A DNA stretch of 64,000 nt, from assembly GCA_022605425.2 (NCBI GenBank), contig CM061247.1, positions 1 through 64,000 of the forward strand, read 5' to 3'. Shown here piece after piece: positions 15,703 through 29,114 of the stretch. The notes beneath the pieces were generated by a model that was given only the letters and a program-made list of their open reading frames with translations, made no database searches and was not told the origin of the DNA. The DNA is from Hamiltosporidium tvaerminnensis FI-OER-3-3 (lineage: Eukaryota > Fungi > Microsporidia). Numbering within the stretch: the first letter of the stretch is position 1; each line of letters opens with the position of its first letter. Position numbers and translations under genes: made by a program.

Positions 15703-18215
15703 AACGATATTAAATTCAATATATAGATGATCAAGATAAATTAAAACTGTGATGTGAATAATAATGGCGTTTTAATAATATTTCAAATGTAATTAAATAC
15801 AAAATATTTTTTGGTAGAGTTGAATTTAAAGTACTATTTTCAGATTCATAAAATGAAAAAATTTATATTTCTTATATGTTATTTTTTTCCATCTTTGTCT
15901 TTTAAATATATTTTTTTTTTGCTTAATTCTTCTTAATATATCTTATGATTACTGTCCCACATAAGAACCTACCTAAACCTATGAAAAAACTAAAGAAAAA
16001 TTACTTTGTTTTCTTTGTAAAAAAATGACATGAACAATTTTTGTGAGATAGTTAAAAAATAGAAATCAAAGCAATAATTGAATTCAGGTGTCTTTATATT
16101 TGCTTTAATTTTAGAGTGATTTTTGTGATAGTTTTAGATGAAAACAACACGTAAAAGCACCTTGAGAAGCTCAGTGCCTTGAAAGATAGAAATGTTTTGA
16201 AAAAGAATGAGTTGAAAAAAGAGTTGAGAGAAGTGATAACACTTTCTAAAATTTATCTTAAAAGAGATTACCACATAAATATATGCCCCGAAACTATATT
16301 CTCTTGAAATATTTAAATTTGGATAGCATAATGTGATAATTCTATTGTAAGATTTTAAATTAAATTACTGGAAAGAAAAAGATTCATTTATCAATTTATT
16401 AAATGCTTTTTTTGTTTTATAATTTATTTTTATTTTTTAATCTAAATTTGTTGAATTTTTTCTGATTTTCATAAAATAATTCTGAATTATGGTGTTCAAA
16501 TAAAATAATGAATTAAATTTTATATTTCAAACGATTATTAATTTTTTTATTGTTTTTAGTTGAATTTTATGCTAAGAAAACTGAAAATTAAATATATTTA
16601 TTTATCATTTTTGTATATTTTAGTAAAATAAGTATTTGTTAAGTAATAAAAATTATAAAAAAGAATAAAGGGAAATTCATCATATTTTTCAAAAAAATAA
16701 TTTTAAAATCATTCTTGTATCTTAAGCGTTCAAAAAACAGAATCCTTATATATTTAATTAAAAATTACAAATTTGTTTAATTTTTATTTTATAAAACTAC
16801 AAAAATCGAGTAGAATAATTATTCTTCCGATCTTAAGATATGAAGAAGGCTGATATATCCAATGTTTGATTTCCATTGGTAGTTTTGTATGGTATATTCT
16901 TATTTTAATTAATTTTAATTTGTGATTAAGTTATTTAATAATTTTTCATTCTAAGTATAGCAAAATCCAATAAATTTTAATAAATTATACATTTAATCGT
17001 TAGAATAACCCTCACTTTGATTTAATTATATAAAATAAATTGATTTATCATTTTAAAAGTGGTATACATATTTTTTAAGTTCTAAATATATTTAGTTTTC
17101 TTTTGAATTTCAAAATTTGTTAAAATAATAGAAAATAGTAGAAATTAAAAAATGTAATAAAAAAAAAATTAAACTTTATTTAAAATATATCATACATGAA
17201 TATATAGAATGTCTATATTTACAACAATTGTTATATTTTAAAGATTCATATCGAAATATATTTTTTTATGATTTAATTCGTTGATAAAATGAGACATATG
17301 TAAGATTTTATCTAATAATTATAGAACAAAAAAAAATAAGAACATAAGTTATTTATAAACCTAAAAATTCTACATTGTAAACATCTAAATAAAAGCTTTT
17401 TTAAAAAAAAATTAGAAGGTCAATCTTTTTATTCAAATTTCTGCTTGTACGGATATCATTCGATATTATGAGGTAAAGTATATGTGTGAAAATATTTTAG
17501 TTTGTTGTTAATTAAAGTTTTGAGGTAGTAGTATTTCAGTTAGTTGACCTGTACTAAATTTATATTTTTGTATGCGAAAGGCGTTTTATCTGGAAGAAAT
17601 TGATATAATGTCTAAAATATTCTAATTTATATAGAAAAATATAAATATAGTTGTTGAAAAAAAATAAAAGAAATTTTAATAAAATTGAACTAGGTTAAGT
17701 TAACATAATATTTGGTATAAGATAAATTTAAATAATTTTTTCTTCTCTGAGTATTTAAAAGTACGTCTCATAAGGCATTGTTAAAAATATGTACAAGAAA
17801 AAGTAGTAATTAAAGCTAATCTTTTATTTAAATAACAAATAATATAACATTTAAATAAAGTAAATGTAGTTATACGAAATAATATTTTTAAGTATAATCA
17901 CAATGCAGGGTAGTCTTGTAATATTTAAGTTCACTTATATTTTTCTAAATTTACGTGAAGGGTTTAAAATAATAGTTCTATATATGCTAGTAATAATTTC
18001 GAGTAATTTATAATATATTTGATAATTATTGTGATCTAAACTACTATTTATGCTTTACTTATGTATTATATGAAATTAAGGTTATTTATAGTTGTTAAAA
18101 TATTAAATTTGTCTTTTATAGATAAAATTTTATTATGTTTTAAATTATTTTACCTTCCATTCGTTTTTTACGTTTAATATTTTATTTTTTTTAATTGTTT
18201 ATATTAATTTTTTTC

Positions 18216-18660
18216 GATGACCTGGGACGGTATTGTGACAAAATACCATAAGACGTATGTTAAGAGACTGCAAATACCCATGAATGTAGAGGCATATATA
18301 CAATCCATAGTTCTCAAGAAGACAGTCGAAACAATTTCTTTTGATCGACGAAGAGGACTTGAGTCTGGTCCAAATGCCGAGGAGAGCTGGGAGAGAGCAT
18401 CATTAAGTGTTATTTTAGGAGCTGAGGTGCATAAACAACCAATACCCCCTTTAAAGCAAGTAGACAACGAGGAAGATGATGTTAAAACGGAAAATACAAA
18501 AAATATTTTACCCCTTATTTGGATGGTATAACCACAGCAAAGGAACCATCAACTAATACAAATGAAGAGTTTGAGTTCGAGGAAGAAATAGAAGTGGTTA
18601 AAATGGTGGAAAGAATTATTTAGAAAAGAGAAAAATTTGTTAACCCAGAATTTTATTAAA
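18216..18660 (+). mobile_element. 5'-truncated RLE-type non-LTR retrotransposon, copy 1 (3' end only)
   Basis: ORF 18217-18531 (MTWDGIVTKYHK...TISFDRRRGLES) is near-identical to the C-terminus of ORF 45990-46640; ends in the shared terminus ttaacccagaattttattaaa. Confidence 0.88.
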
Positions 18661-20136
18661 TAAATTACTAATTTATAGTTAATTTTATGATAAAATTTTT
18701 CGCAATTACCATAATTCTAAGCATTTTTTGGGTTTTTAAATAGGTAATTTGTTTATTTTATTGTTTGAATACAAATATTTTAAAAAATATCTTAAACACT
18801 TTTTTAATAAATTTGAGCTCTATGTACATGACAAATCATCTTTGTAGTTATAATATCGAATTCATATACATAGAGTAAATACGGTGAGCTTTATAAATAT
18901 AATTTTGTTTAAATTTAAAGAAGTCTATAATTCTATTTTGCAAACAAATTTTTTTAAAATTTCAGTTGATTAAAATTGTAAAAAACTAATTTGAAACCCA
19001 ATTAGAATTATATACTTTAAAAAAACATTCTTGCGCTTCATAAATTCTTACAATCTTTGTTTAAATATTCTTTTTGATGAATTCTCGTGTTTTAGTTGAA
19101 TTATTTCACAGTGCGCAATTAGATTAAATGGTAAATTATCTTGATAATAACGACTCGATTAAAAATTTATTCTTAGGTTTCATAAACTGTGTTTATATTT
19201 CATTCAATTGGTTTTCTTCAGTTCACACCAAATGTATATATTTTTTTTGAAAATTTTAATTAGACTAGAGGTATATAAATTTCCGAATTATTTCTTGACT
19301 TTCAAACCTTCTTGAATTTTATTAAACCTTATATTTGATTCAATTCTCAATTTTATCAAATTTGTAAAATATACTCATTTAATGAAAATTTATAGAATAT
19401 GAGTTTTTTATAATAAGTTTTGACTATTAATGATGCAGGTATGTCAGTTTTGGGCTTACTAAAATCTATAAAAAGTTTCATACATCTGTTTTGTTTAAAA
19501 GATTTTATTTAAAATTAGTTTATAGAGATATGGTTGAGTATTTTTTTCATTGGTAATTCTTATCAATTTGATTGAGCCATTCCCCCTTTTTTATATTTTG
19601 TTTTATTCTAAAATTTATTCTAGGTTTTTTTTTATCGGTACTATTATATAAAATTATTCGTTCGATATTTTCTAAAATGAATCCTTAACATTTTCCCTTT
19701 GATAAATATTTGAATTATATTAGAGCATAATGTCTCATGGTTTTGCATTTGACACCTAGTAAGCTCTTTTGCTGCGGATTATATTTCGTCTTGAATAAAG
19801 TCTTTTTCGAAAGCTTTAAAAAATGATCTGGTTATTTGTTTAAGAATTTTATTGGTATTATATATTTATCTTTTCTTATTTACAGATATAAAGATTCATT
19901 CTAAAATAGTTTGCGAAAGTACATTATCAATCCAATATAGAAGACCTTATTGAAATAAAATTAATAAAAAAGACCAAAATTAGTATTCCAAGATTGTATA
20001 TTCGGAAATTAAAAGTATATAGATTTTTTAAAAACAAAAAACGATTAGATATAAAAAATTTAGAATTTATTAGAAACCTCGAAAATACCTGTTTATTGAT
20101 TTAAATCTTAAAATAAATAGATCTTGATCATTTTTA

Positions 20137-21827
20137 TTACCTGCAATTCTTGTAGATATTTAATCCTAATAAATAAATGTAGAAAATGCAAGAATTAATA
20201 TTAGAAGATATTTCTTGATGGTCTAAACTCTCAAAATTCAAGATCGATAAAGCAATTCTCTGTAAAAAATCTCTTATATCCCGTAAACATTCTGGATAAT
20301 CAATATCAGAAATTGTAAACTCGCTATACAGATTCTTTAAACTAATCTCAAAGTTTTTCAATAAATTTTTCTTTGAAATATGATCCATGATTTTGGAAAA
20401 ACTTGTATATATATCATAAGATTTATTATACTCTTTTTTTGAAAGTAACGCTAATACATTTCCTATTCTAGAATACAATTCACCACATAAAGATAAAGAA
20501 TCATCATATATATAATGATAAAGGGGTAAAATAATTATACGATAGAATTCATCATCTAATCCCAAAATCACTTTTTTTCCTGCCATAAATAAATAAGTAA
20601 ATTCTAATAAATAAACTGTAATGAATCTTTTCGACATAGCAATACCATTCTTAAAACCAAAACATATCTGTATAAGTATTATCTTTAATGGAAGTATTTC
20701 CAAACCAATTTTATATTCATAAGAAAGATTTTTGTACGCCTCTAATAAATTATCATTTGAAAGATCTCTGAATTTTTTTATTTTTGTTTTAAGATTATCA
20801 ACTTTGATAAGAAGTACTTCAAAAAGAAATAGAACATATAAAAAATATTCTTCCTCAATATGATCAGTTATATTATCTTCAAATAAATGAAAAAATATCA
20901 TGAACTCATAAAAAATTAAGTGACTTTTATATTTTTTACTTTCTTCTTTTATATTCTTAAATTTAAACCTAAATAAATTTTCTTGTAATTGCCTTTCTGT
21001 GGAAGTTTTTTTATATTGCATTTCGTAAACTCGAATTTTTTCCGAACATTCAATTATTTTTCTCAAATCCTTAATATTATCGCCTTCTTTTATATAATTT
21101 AATTCTCTGATTAATATTTCTTCACTACTGATTCTTAAAGAATTATAACTTTGACTTCTGAAATTTTTATCTGAAACAGCTGTAAAAACATTTTGAGCTT
21201 GGCCTCGTAAAATCTTTAAATTGTCTTCCAAATTCAATTTCCCCTTGATATTTGTAAAAAATGATTTTCTATCATTGCGTATTCTATATATGTAGCTATC
21301 AATCGTATCGGTGATATTTTTCAAATAAATTTCATGTGTATTTATCGCATGTCATCTATATGATTCTCACGCAAGCTTAATGATAAATCTAAGGGTTTGG
21401 ATATAAATACTGGTTGGTCAAGCAAGCTTTTTAAAAAATCGTTTTTTGCGGCTTCTCTAATCTCTGGTTTCTCATCAAATGTATTATCTATTGCTGGATT
21501 GATTAGAATCGTACTATCATATTCTTTAACACTGGATTTTTGTTTTTTTTCATCTGATTGGAATTTGAATTGCCTCTCCCATAGATCTTTGTGAGATGGA
21601 TCATTGATATTGTCATTACACTGAAAAACGTATCCTTCTGACTCATATTTTGTTGTTTTGTTTCCAATGAGCATTTCTTCTTCTGTATTTTTTACTTCCA
21701 TCATTTCAGCGAGTTCGTTATCATACCATCTGATTACAGTATATTCATGCTCTTGTTGTACTCCCAGTTGTCTTGCACAAAAAATATATAAAGTGATTGC
21801 ACCGAGAAATATCATCATTGTTTGCAT
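20137..21827 (-). pseudogene. Lineage-specific, probably secreted protein (~560 aa) split by a single frameshift at ~21345-21353 (ORFs 21342-21851 and 20137-21324)
   Basis: Upstream ORF has a signal-peptide-like MQTMMIFLGAITLYIFCA. The downstream frame is open back across the upstream stop (HAINTHEIYLKNITD) and lacks its own ATG start. Confidence 0.65.
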
Positions 21828-22502
21828 TAATAAGTTTAAGGGTTTGTGCAAAATTTATCTTCTAAAAACTTTAATAAAGATTTAATTAAATCTTGATCAA
21901 AAAAAATAGTGATGTGTGTCAAATCTTTTAATTAAAATTTTAGTGAATAAATTGTTTTCATGTGAACTTTTCTCTAGTATTTCATTTTTAGACAATCATT
22001 GTTCTTCAGACTCTGCACATTTTTTCTGGATGGTATCATAAATATATTTATGTTTTAGATATTTAATTTTACCTCGAAATCATAATATATATTTTCTTTT
22101 CTTAGTTATTTTTATATTTTTCTTTACTTCATGATTGATTCCGAACTTAATCTTCTTCTCTGATTAAAAAAAATAATTTAAATTTTTATACTTTAATAAA
22201 GAATGTTCTATTTGTAATTAAATTTATAAGAGAAACGCAAATATTTATTTTTAGACCTTTTTTCTTTTTATTTCTGCCAATATTCAACAATTATTTGGAA
22301 TGGTGATTTTTTGAGTTTATATTTTGTTTGTTACCAACTGATGTTTGGTGAATAAATTTTTAAATTATATTCAGAAAAATTACAGTTTTTTTATCAAAGA
22401 ATCACATTATAAGCAAACTTAGACAAAATAAAAATTCTCCTAAAATATTTTGATTTTTAAAATATATAAATAGAACTAAAGGAATTGCTTTGAAAAAATA
22501 TT

Positions 22503-24050
22503 TTAATTAAAAACTTTGGTTAACAAATTTCCTCTGTTTTAGTCATTATTTAAACCGCTTATAAAATCATCTTCTCTTCCTAAAATCGACTCTTTGTTTA
22601 TTTTTGGATTTTCGGCTTTTCCAGTGTGGCTAACCCATGCTAAAATAGACGATACGTTATTTTTCATATTTACTTACCTAACATGGCTTTCCTCGCTATT
22701 AATTTGTTTTAAATAAGTTGTAAATGTTTATGAATCCTACGCTTATACGGACAATTGATGACGCTTTCATATTGCTCTCTTCGGCATTTAGTCTTTCATC
22801 AAGTTTTTTTTATCGAACATAAAGATTCTTTCGAAAGCCTTTTTGAAAATTTACTACGGAATCATGTCCTAAGTTAATCGATATTGGCAATTTTTTAATA
22901 TGTACCTTGTAATATTAAATCATAAAGCATCTCATATTGCTATATAAGAACTTATTTCAACCCCGCGCTTATAAAGAGAGCATAACTCATTTTCTAATGA
23001 GTCATGTTTCCTAGTTTTTTACTGCTTCAATTTTTTATGATGAACCTTGTGAAAGAATTTCTATTTAAATGTGTGAAATGCTATTTAAACTTTTGTCTAA
23101 AATAAATACATCGGTTCGATTACGTATTTCACCTTCAATTTATTATGATTTTCCCATTGGTCTTAGCATACTCATTATTAAAAATTATTTTGAATAGTAT
23201 CTCCAAATCTGTTGTTAAAACCATAAATTATATTTTTTGTACCCGATGAATATGTAATCATCGTATTAATTCATTATATTGTTTAATATAGTTGTGATCA
23301 AGTATTTTTTTTAATATCTTGTCATGAAATATCTTGTATTACTTCTTACATATGGTATTGACCTATCTTTTCTGATCACATAATACATTACTTTCGTGTA
23401 TATAACCGAACTCTGTTTTATCATGTTGTTTTACATTTTATCTCTTTAACTATCTTGAAGAAGCATAAAAAGTTGTTAACTCATTTTCTAGCATTATTTA
23501 ACTGAGAATGATGTTTTTCGTTTTCTATCGAGATATATAAAATAGCCGTTGAATCTTTTCGGATTTTCTGTATTTGTTTCCAAGGCTATCTCGTATTATG
23601 TTTTGCGAACTATTTTATTTGTACAAGTTTGGAAGCTTATATATTATTATCTTTTAGGATTTCTGCTTTTATGGTAGAGAATTGGTTCGTTGATCTTTTC
23701 ACGAAAAAATAGGTTGTAAGATCATACTTCGTTTTTGACTCAACACTAGCTAAGAGCCTAAATTTTCACGGAAAGAGTAAAGACCTTTTTTGCATCTTGG
23801 TATAGATGTAGTTTGTTTTACTAAAATGCACACAGAGAATTATATAACTTTAAAGAGTCAGCTGTTTGGGTCGAATAACTCCTATATAATAGTTTATTAA
23901 AGATATTGGGTGTGTTATTTACTCGAAATAAAATTCTTGTAATCAATTTTGTACGACAAAATTTTTCGGTTTCTATCAATTTTAATTTTAATTCCTTCAA
24001 TGACTAGGATTTGGGATTCCTCTGCTGCCTGGCACTTTAACCAAACTTAA
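22503..24050 (-). mobile_element. Old, heavily decayed copy 3 of the RLE non-LTR retrotransposon (RT-thumb region to 3' end)
   Basis: Manual minus-strand translation gives RKHDSLENELCSLYKRGVEISSY (vs RKYDLLANELGLIYKCSVEIISY), KILDHNYIKQYNELIR (vs KILGHDYTRRHNEVVR), DVFILDK, RLNAEES and an LYxxRxxLG-like motif. Shared 3' terminus aaatttgttaaccaaag... Confidence 0.82.
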
Positions 24051-24775
24051 TTCTAATCTAAAAGATATTATTCATTTCTCTTTTCATTTTACCAATTATA
24101 TATCATAAAAAAATATAAAAAATCACTTTGTTACCGCAAAGTATGTTCTTTAACTAGAATAAAATTTTTAAGCACAACTTTTGGTTATAAAATCTGTATT
24201 GGAATATCTTTATAATATTAAAACTATTGAAATGAAATAGTTATATATCGCATTTTTTTAATTTTCTAGTTTGCTGCGTCTAAAAATTATTGTAAGATAT
24301 GTGAAATAATTAGACAATCAAATGATATTGACCTATTTTCATACACATTTCAAATGCTAAAAAATAAATAAATCAAAACGAATAGATCATTCTATTTTTG
24401 TTGAAGTGATTTAAGATTTTCGACTTTGTCTAAATTGCTTGAAATATAATTCGTTTAAAATCGACATTTGTCATTAAACCTTTGTTAAATTTTGTTTCAA
24501 ATTAAGTCTCTTTGAAATTAAAATTTCAAAATGTAATATACAAATCTATTAAAAAAGGTGAATTAATTTCTTTTGGTTAAATACGTCAATAGGCGGTATT
24601 TAAATTTGATTTATTTGAATTTAAAAATTTAATTTACTATTCATAAATGACCAGTGAAAAGGAAAAAATGGATTTTCTAAAAAAAAAAGAATTTTTATTT
24701 TTAACAAATAGATATTCTGGAAATATAATACGCTTTTTTAATTTATCTCATAAAAAGTAAAAAAATATCAAACTC

Positions 24776-26400
24776 ATGTTTTTATTAAATTTAATATGTT
24801 GTGCTGCAGCTTCTTTGGAATTTAAATATAGTGATATTTCAGAGAATACAATATCGAAAAATATTCTGTACATTGAGATTTATTTTAAAATTAATGCTAA
24901 ATTCGAAGTAAAAAAATGTTTTTCTATATTAATCTTGGGTTTAATACCGCTGGAAAGGAAAAATGGCTAAAATCATAAGTTTTCCCTAAGAATAATTTAG
25001 ACAAAATAAATATAAGGACTTTCATTCTTTCTTAATATATTTTACAACTTTTATTTTTTGTATTGTATATGTTGGTAAAACAAAAAATTTAAAGCAAAAA
25101 AAATATAAACAAAAACTTAATTTAATTTAATTAATTTTGTAAAATTCTCAGAAAAGTACAAAGCATGCAATAATACTACCGAAATTCGAAATTATGCCTA
25201 GGATATCACATTTGGAAAAATCAATGGCATTATCATAATAACGATATTTTGAGGAAACAGTTCAATCAATTATCTAAGGCGCCGTTCGATATCCAGGATC
25301 AACATGACCGTATCGATTGTAAGATACTAAAAAATATGAGATATTGAGCAAAGATCCTAGTAATATTTCTTTTGATGAGTAGGTGGACTAAACTATTTAC
25401 TGCAACATCTGAAACTGTTTTGTTTTTTTTAACGCCAAAATATCGTTTTTATGTCAATAGATAGGTAACGTATGGTAATAATGTAAAATTTGAAAAATAT
25501 GTCATAAATATTGATGTAAATTTTATAAAAGAATTAACGAGTACTTGTGAATTGATAAGAGATTATATTTATAACGATTTTATATTATCTTGTAAAAAAA
25601 TGGCTGAATATAATTTAACATACTTGTTGTAAACATGTTAAAAATTGAATCTGGTTCGACAAAATTTATTTTTATATAACTAGCGTTCATTATAATAACA
25701 AATTAAGAAATTCAAAAATTTCAATCAAGTTTGAGGAATATTTATTAATAAGACGAATTTTATAAGTCTAAAGAGTTTGAATGAATTCTTGAATATAATA
25801 ACTAAAAATGAATTTCATGATAATTTTTCTTCGGCGCTAGCTTTAAAAGTATTGTGGTTTAAGGGTCATAAATTCAAAGAAAGAACGGATTTTTAGAATT
25901 ATTATTGAAATTTATTTTAGCGATGTTTTAAAAAAAGAATTTGAAAAAGAATGAATATTTCGAGAATTTAAAAAAAGTGAAAATGTCTTTTATTAGACAG
26001 TAAAAACATATCTTGATCAAAGAAATCTATAAAATAATAAAAATTGAGTTTTGGACCTTTATTTTTATGCCTTTTACTTCAAACTTCAAAATTATGTGAA
26101 ATCTTATCTTTTTTAAATATTTTAATCAAGAATATTTTTAAAAACTTCTTAAACAACTAGATAAAGGAAAAATTAAAAAATAAACAGAAGAATCTTTTGA
26201 GAAATAGAAAACTCTTTTTTATATGTTTTTGAACGAGAAATCATGATCCTTGGCCGAAGAAAATAATAAAAATTTTATAATTTTGGTACCCATAAGATAA
26301 AATGATCTTAAGAGCGAAAATGCAAATATTTTAGAATTAAAGGGTTTCTACCCTATGTTTTATAATCAACCACATTAATTGCGGGGGCTATGACGGTATA
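24776..26400 (+). pseudogene. Decayed gene with signal-peptide-like start
   Basis: ORF 24776 starts MFLLNLICCAAAS, followed by ~1.5 kb of interrupted coding-like sequence; end approximate. Confidence 0.35.
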
Positions 26401-26479
26401 TATTTGTATATCTACAAGAAAAGTGAATCAAATATTTTGATATCTGATTCCGTTCATTATCAACGGAATGCATAATAGA

Positions 26480-28780
26480 AAATTAAAAACAAAAGAACCT
26501 TAAATTAATTAAAAAATCATATATGTTCGCATAAAAGCAAATATATTTGTCACATATATTATTTACGGAATATAAATTCTTTTCATTTGTTATTCTGATA
26601 TTTTTTACCATCATTCTATCAATTTTTTTTAAAAATTTGTATTCTATAGAATATATACAAAATAGCATTTTAATTAACAAAAAAATAATTTAAATTTGTT
26701 AATAGTAAATTGATATGAAAATCAACTGAATTTGTGAATTGTTTAGTATTGGCTGCTTTGCTTAAATTTTCATGTACATTTTAATATTATATTATTTGTA
26801 ATTCGTATATTCGGTTTACAATCTGTAATTTGCTTAAAATTCATTTTAAGTAAACATTGAAGGCAACAGCAATCACTTTTTACTTTTAGTTTGTTCAATC
26901 TTTGATAAATATCTTGCTACTACAAGTGTTTTATTTCTTATTCTATTTAAAAGGGGGATTAGTATACAGTAGAATAATTCAAATATGTTGTAAATTACTT
27001 CTTTTCATTTGAAACTGAATAATTAAAGTTGAATATTTTTAAAGTGTTTAAACTCTGTTTTTTAATTTAGTAATATTAAAAAAGTAATAGATTGTTCAAT
27101 ATGTCTTTCAATTACTGAACCATATTCTTTTTAAATTATATAAAGTATATTTTGGTTTTTTATCTGAAAATTAAATTTGAATTTATTTTGGTATATTTCT
27201 TTGTTTGTTTAAAAAATCTTGAGTTTTTGTGATTCTAATCTTTTACAAAAGATATCACAACAGTGGGATCTACAACTGAAAACTAAAGAAATTTTTGGGA
27301 TTAATTAAATTAGCTATAATAGAAAGAAGCTGCCACAACTATACGAATCATGGCGAAACTTATATTCAAATACAAAATTTTAGTGGTTTATATATATTTG
27401 TGATTATAGAAGGCAGCAGATTAATTTTGACAGGTAGTTCTATTGAAAAGGTACAAAGCAAACCTATATCAAGAGTTGAAAAACTTTGTCCCTTGAGATC
27501 AAACATTTTAAAAACATTTTCTGAGAGTAATAAACTTGCAACGTCACTAATACAGTAGCAAATAGGAATATACAACTCGAACCTACGGAATTCACTTTTT
27601 GTCGATAAAGTTTGTCCGATATTAGTAAATAAATAAGGTACACCACATAGCAGGTTAGGAAGTGCTTCGTACTTCTTATATATGAAATTTAAAAAAAATA
27701 TCTGCACCATTTTTAATCGCAGAGTAAAAAAATCTCTATACAACTCTTGGATTTCTGGACAAATTTTACCAAATATCAACGCATGTGTCGCAATTCCCAA
27801 AATGTAAAATTATTAAAAATTTCTTTTTGGATTAATGCAAAGATTTTTCATATTAAAATATTAGCTTAAAATGCGTCTTTTGGAGGTACTCGATCAGCTA
27901 TTAATATAACCAAACAAGAAAACAGAAAACTCGTTCAAAGTTATTAGTCTAGAAAACTAAGCATAAGGTTGTTATTGAGTTTTCAAAATCGGTAAATAAT
28001 GAGGATTAGATCATGCGATGAACGGGGTTCTATTGCATTCGCAATAAAAATGTATTCTGGGGAACATAATCTATGTTTTAGGATTGCAATAATTCTCATA
28101 AAAAATATATTTATTTGCCGTTCATTAAGAAACTCCTTTGGATTTACTACAACAGATGATATAATGGATGGATTTATGCCTACATTTCTCCTCTTGAATG
28201 GATATAAATTCAAATATAGAAAAAAGAATTAGATATAATCAGTTCACGAACATTTTGATTTTCATTGAGCGGAAATATGTGTAGACACTAGCAAAAAAAC
28301 TGATTTCAAAATTTAGGATATTAGATTGGGATATATTTTCGAATAAGAGAAGAATAAATTTATACTGATTCAGATATAATTGTTTTACAATATCCGCTTT
28401 AAATTGATAAAACTGTGGATCTAAAGGTATTGTTCTATAAAAGAATGGAAATAGATTAATTTGTTAGTGTAGAGAGAATTCTATTTTCAATAACCATGTA
28501 AAGTATTGTAGTTAAAATACTCTAATCTACTTTATAAATTTTAAATATCCGTAAAAATGGATAAAAATCGGGATTTTGGTAGTCAAACTACATTCGAACC
28601 TGTTTATTTTGCAAAAAAAAGATGCTTATATTCAGATCATCTGCCTAGTAAGATTTAAATTGTAAACAGGTGATATAAAATAATATGTAATACATGGGTA
28701 ACTGATACATATAAGTGATAAAAAAGGACAAGAAATCTCATGCAAAACATGTCTTTAAATAATTTCCTGTTTATTTTTAG
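26480..28780 (-). pseudogene. Fragmented gene, probably a decayed member of the secreted LRR family
   Basis: Chain of same-strand short ORFs (26483, 27366, 27464, 27983) with Leu/Ile/Phe/Cys-rich composition like the adjacent intact LRR gene. Confidence 0.45.
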
Positions 28781-29114
28781 TATATAGTTTATTTATATGT
28801 ACCTTAAATTAAATTAACGTAAATTCGACTCTAGAAATTAGATTAGATAGGTGTGGCGATATATAAAATGTACAAGACTAGAAATAATGTATTGGAACCC
28901 AAAATTTAAAATGCAAACTAAAAATATTATTTTATTTTAGAAATTCAGAATCACTTTCCAATCAAAACCGTTATTATTTAAATCTCTAAGGATTTTATCT
29001 TTTTATTGATAAATGTATTTTTCAAAAGATATTCTTTATTTTCTGTGATAAAATATTCTTAAACAATTTAATCAATTATTAATTAATTTAATTTGTTTTT
29101 ATTAATATAAATAT

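Noticed and set aside
139-29000. Subtelomeric rRNA operon
   Set aside because: No GC-rich block or conserved SSU/LSU/5S motifs seen.
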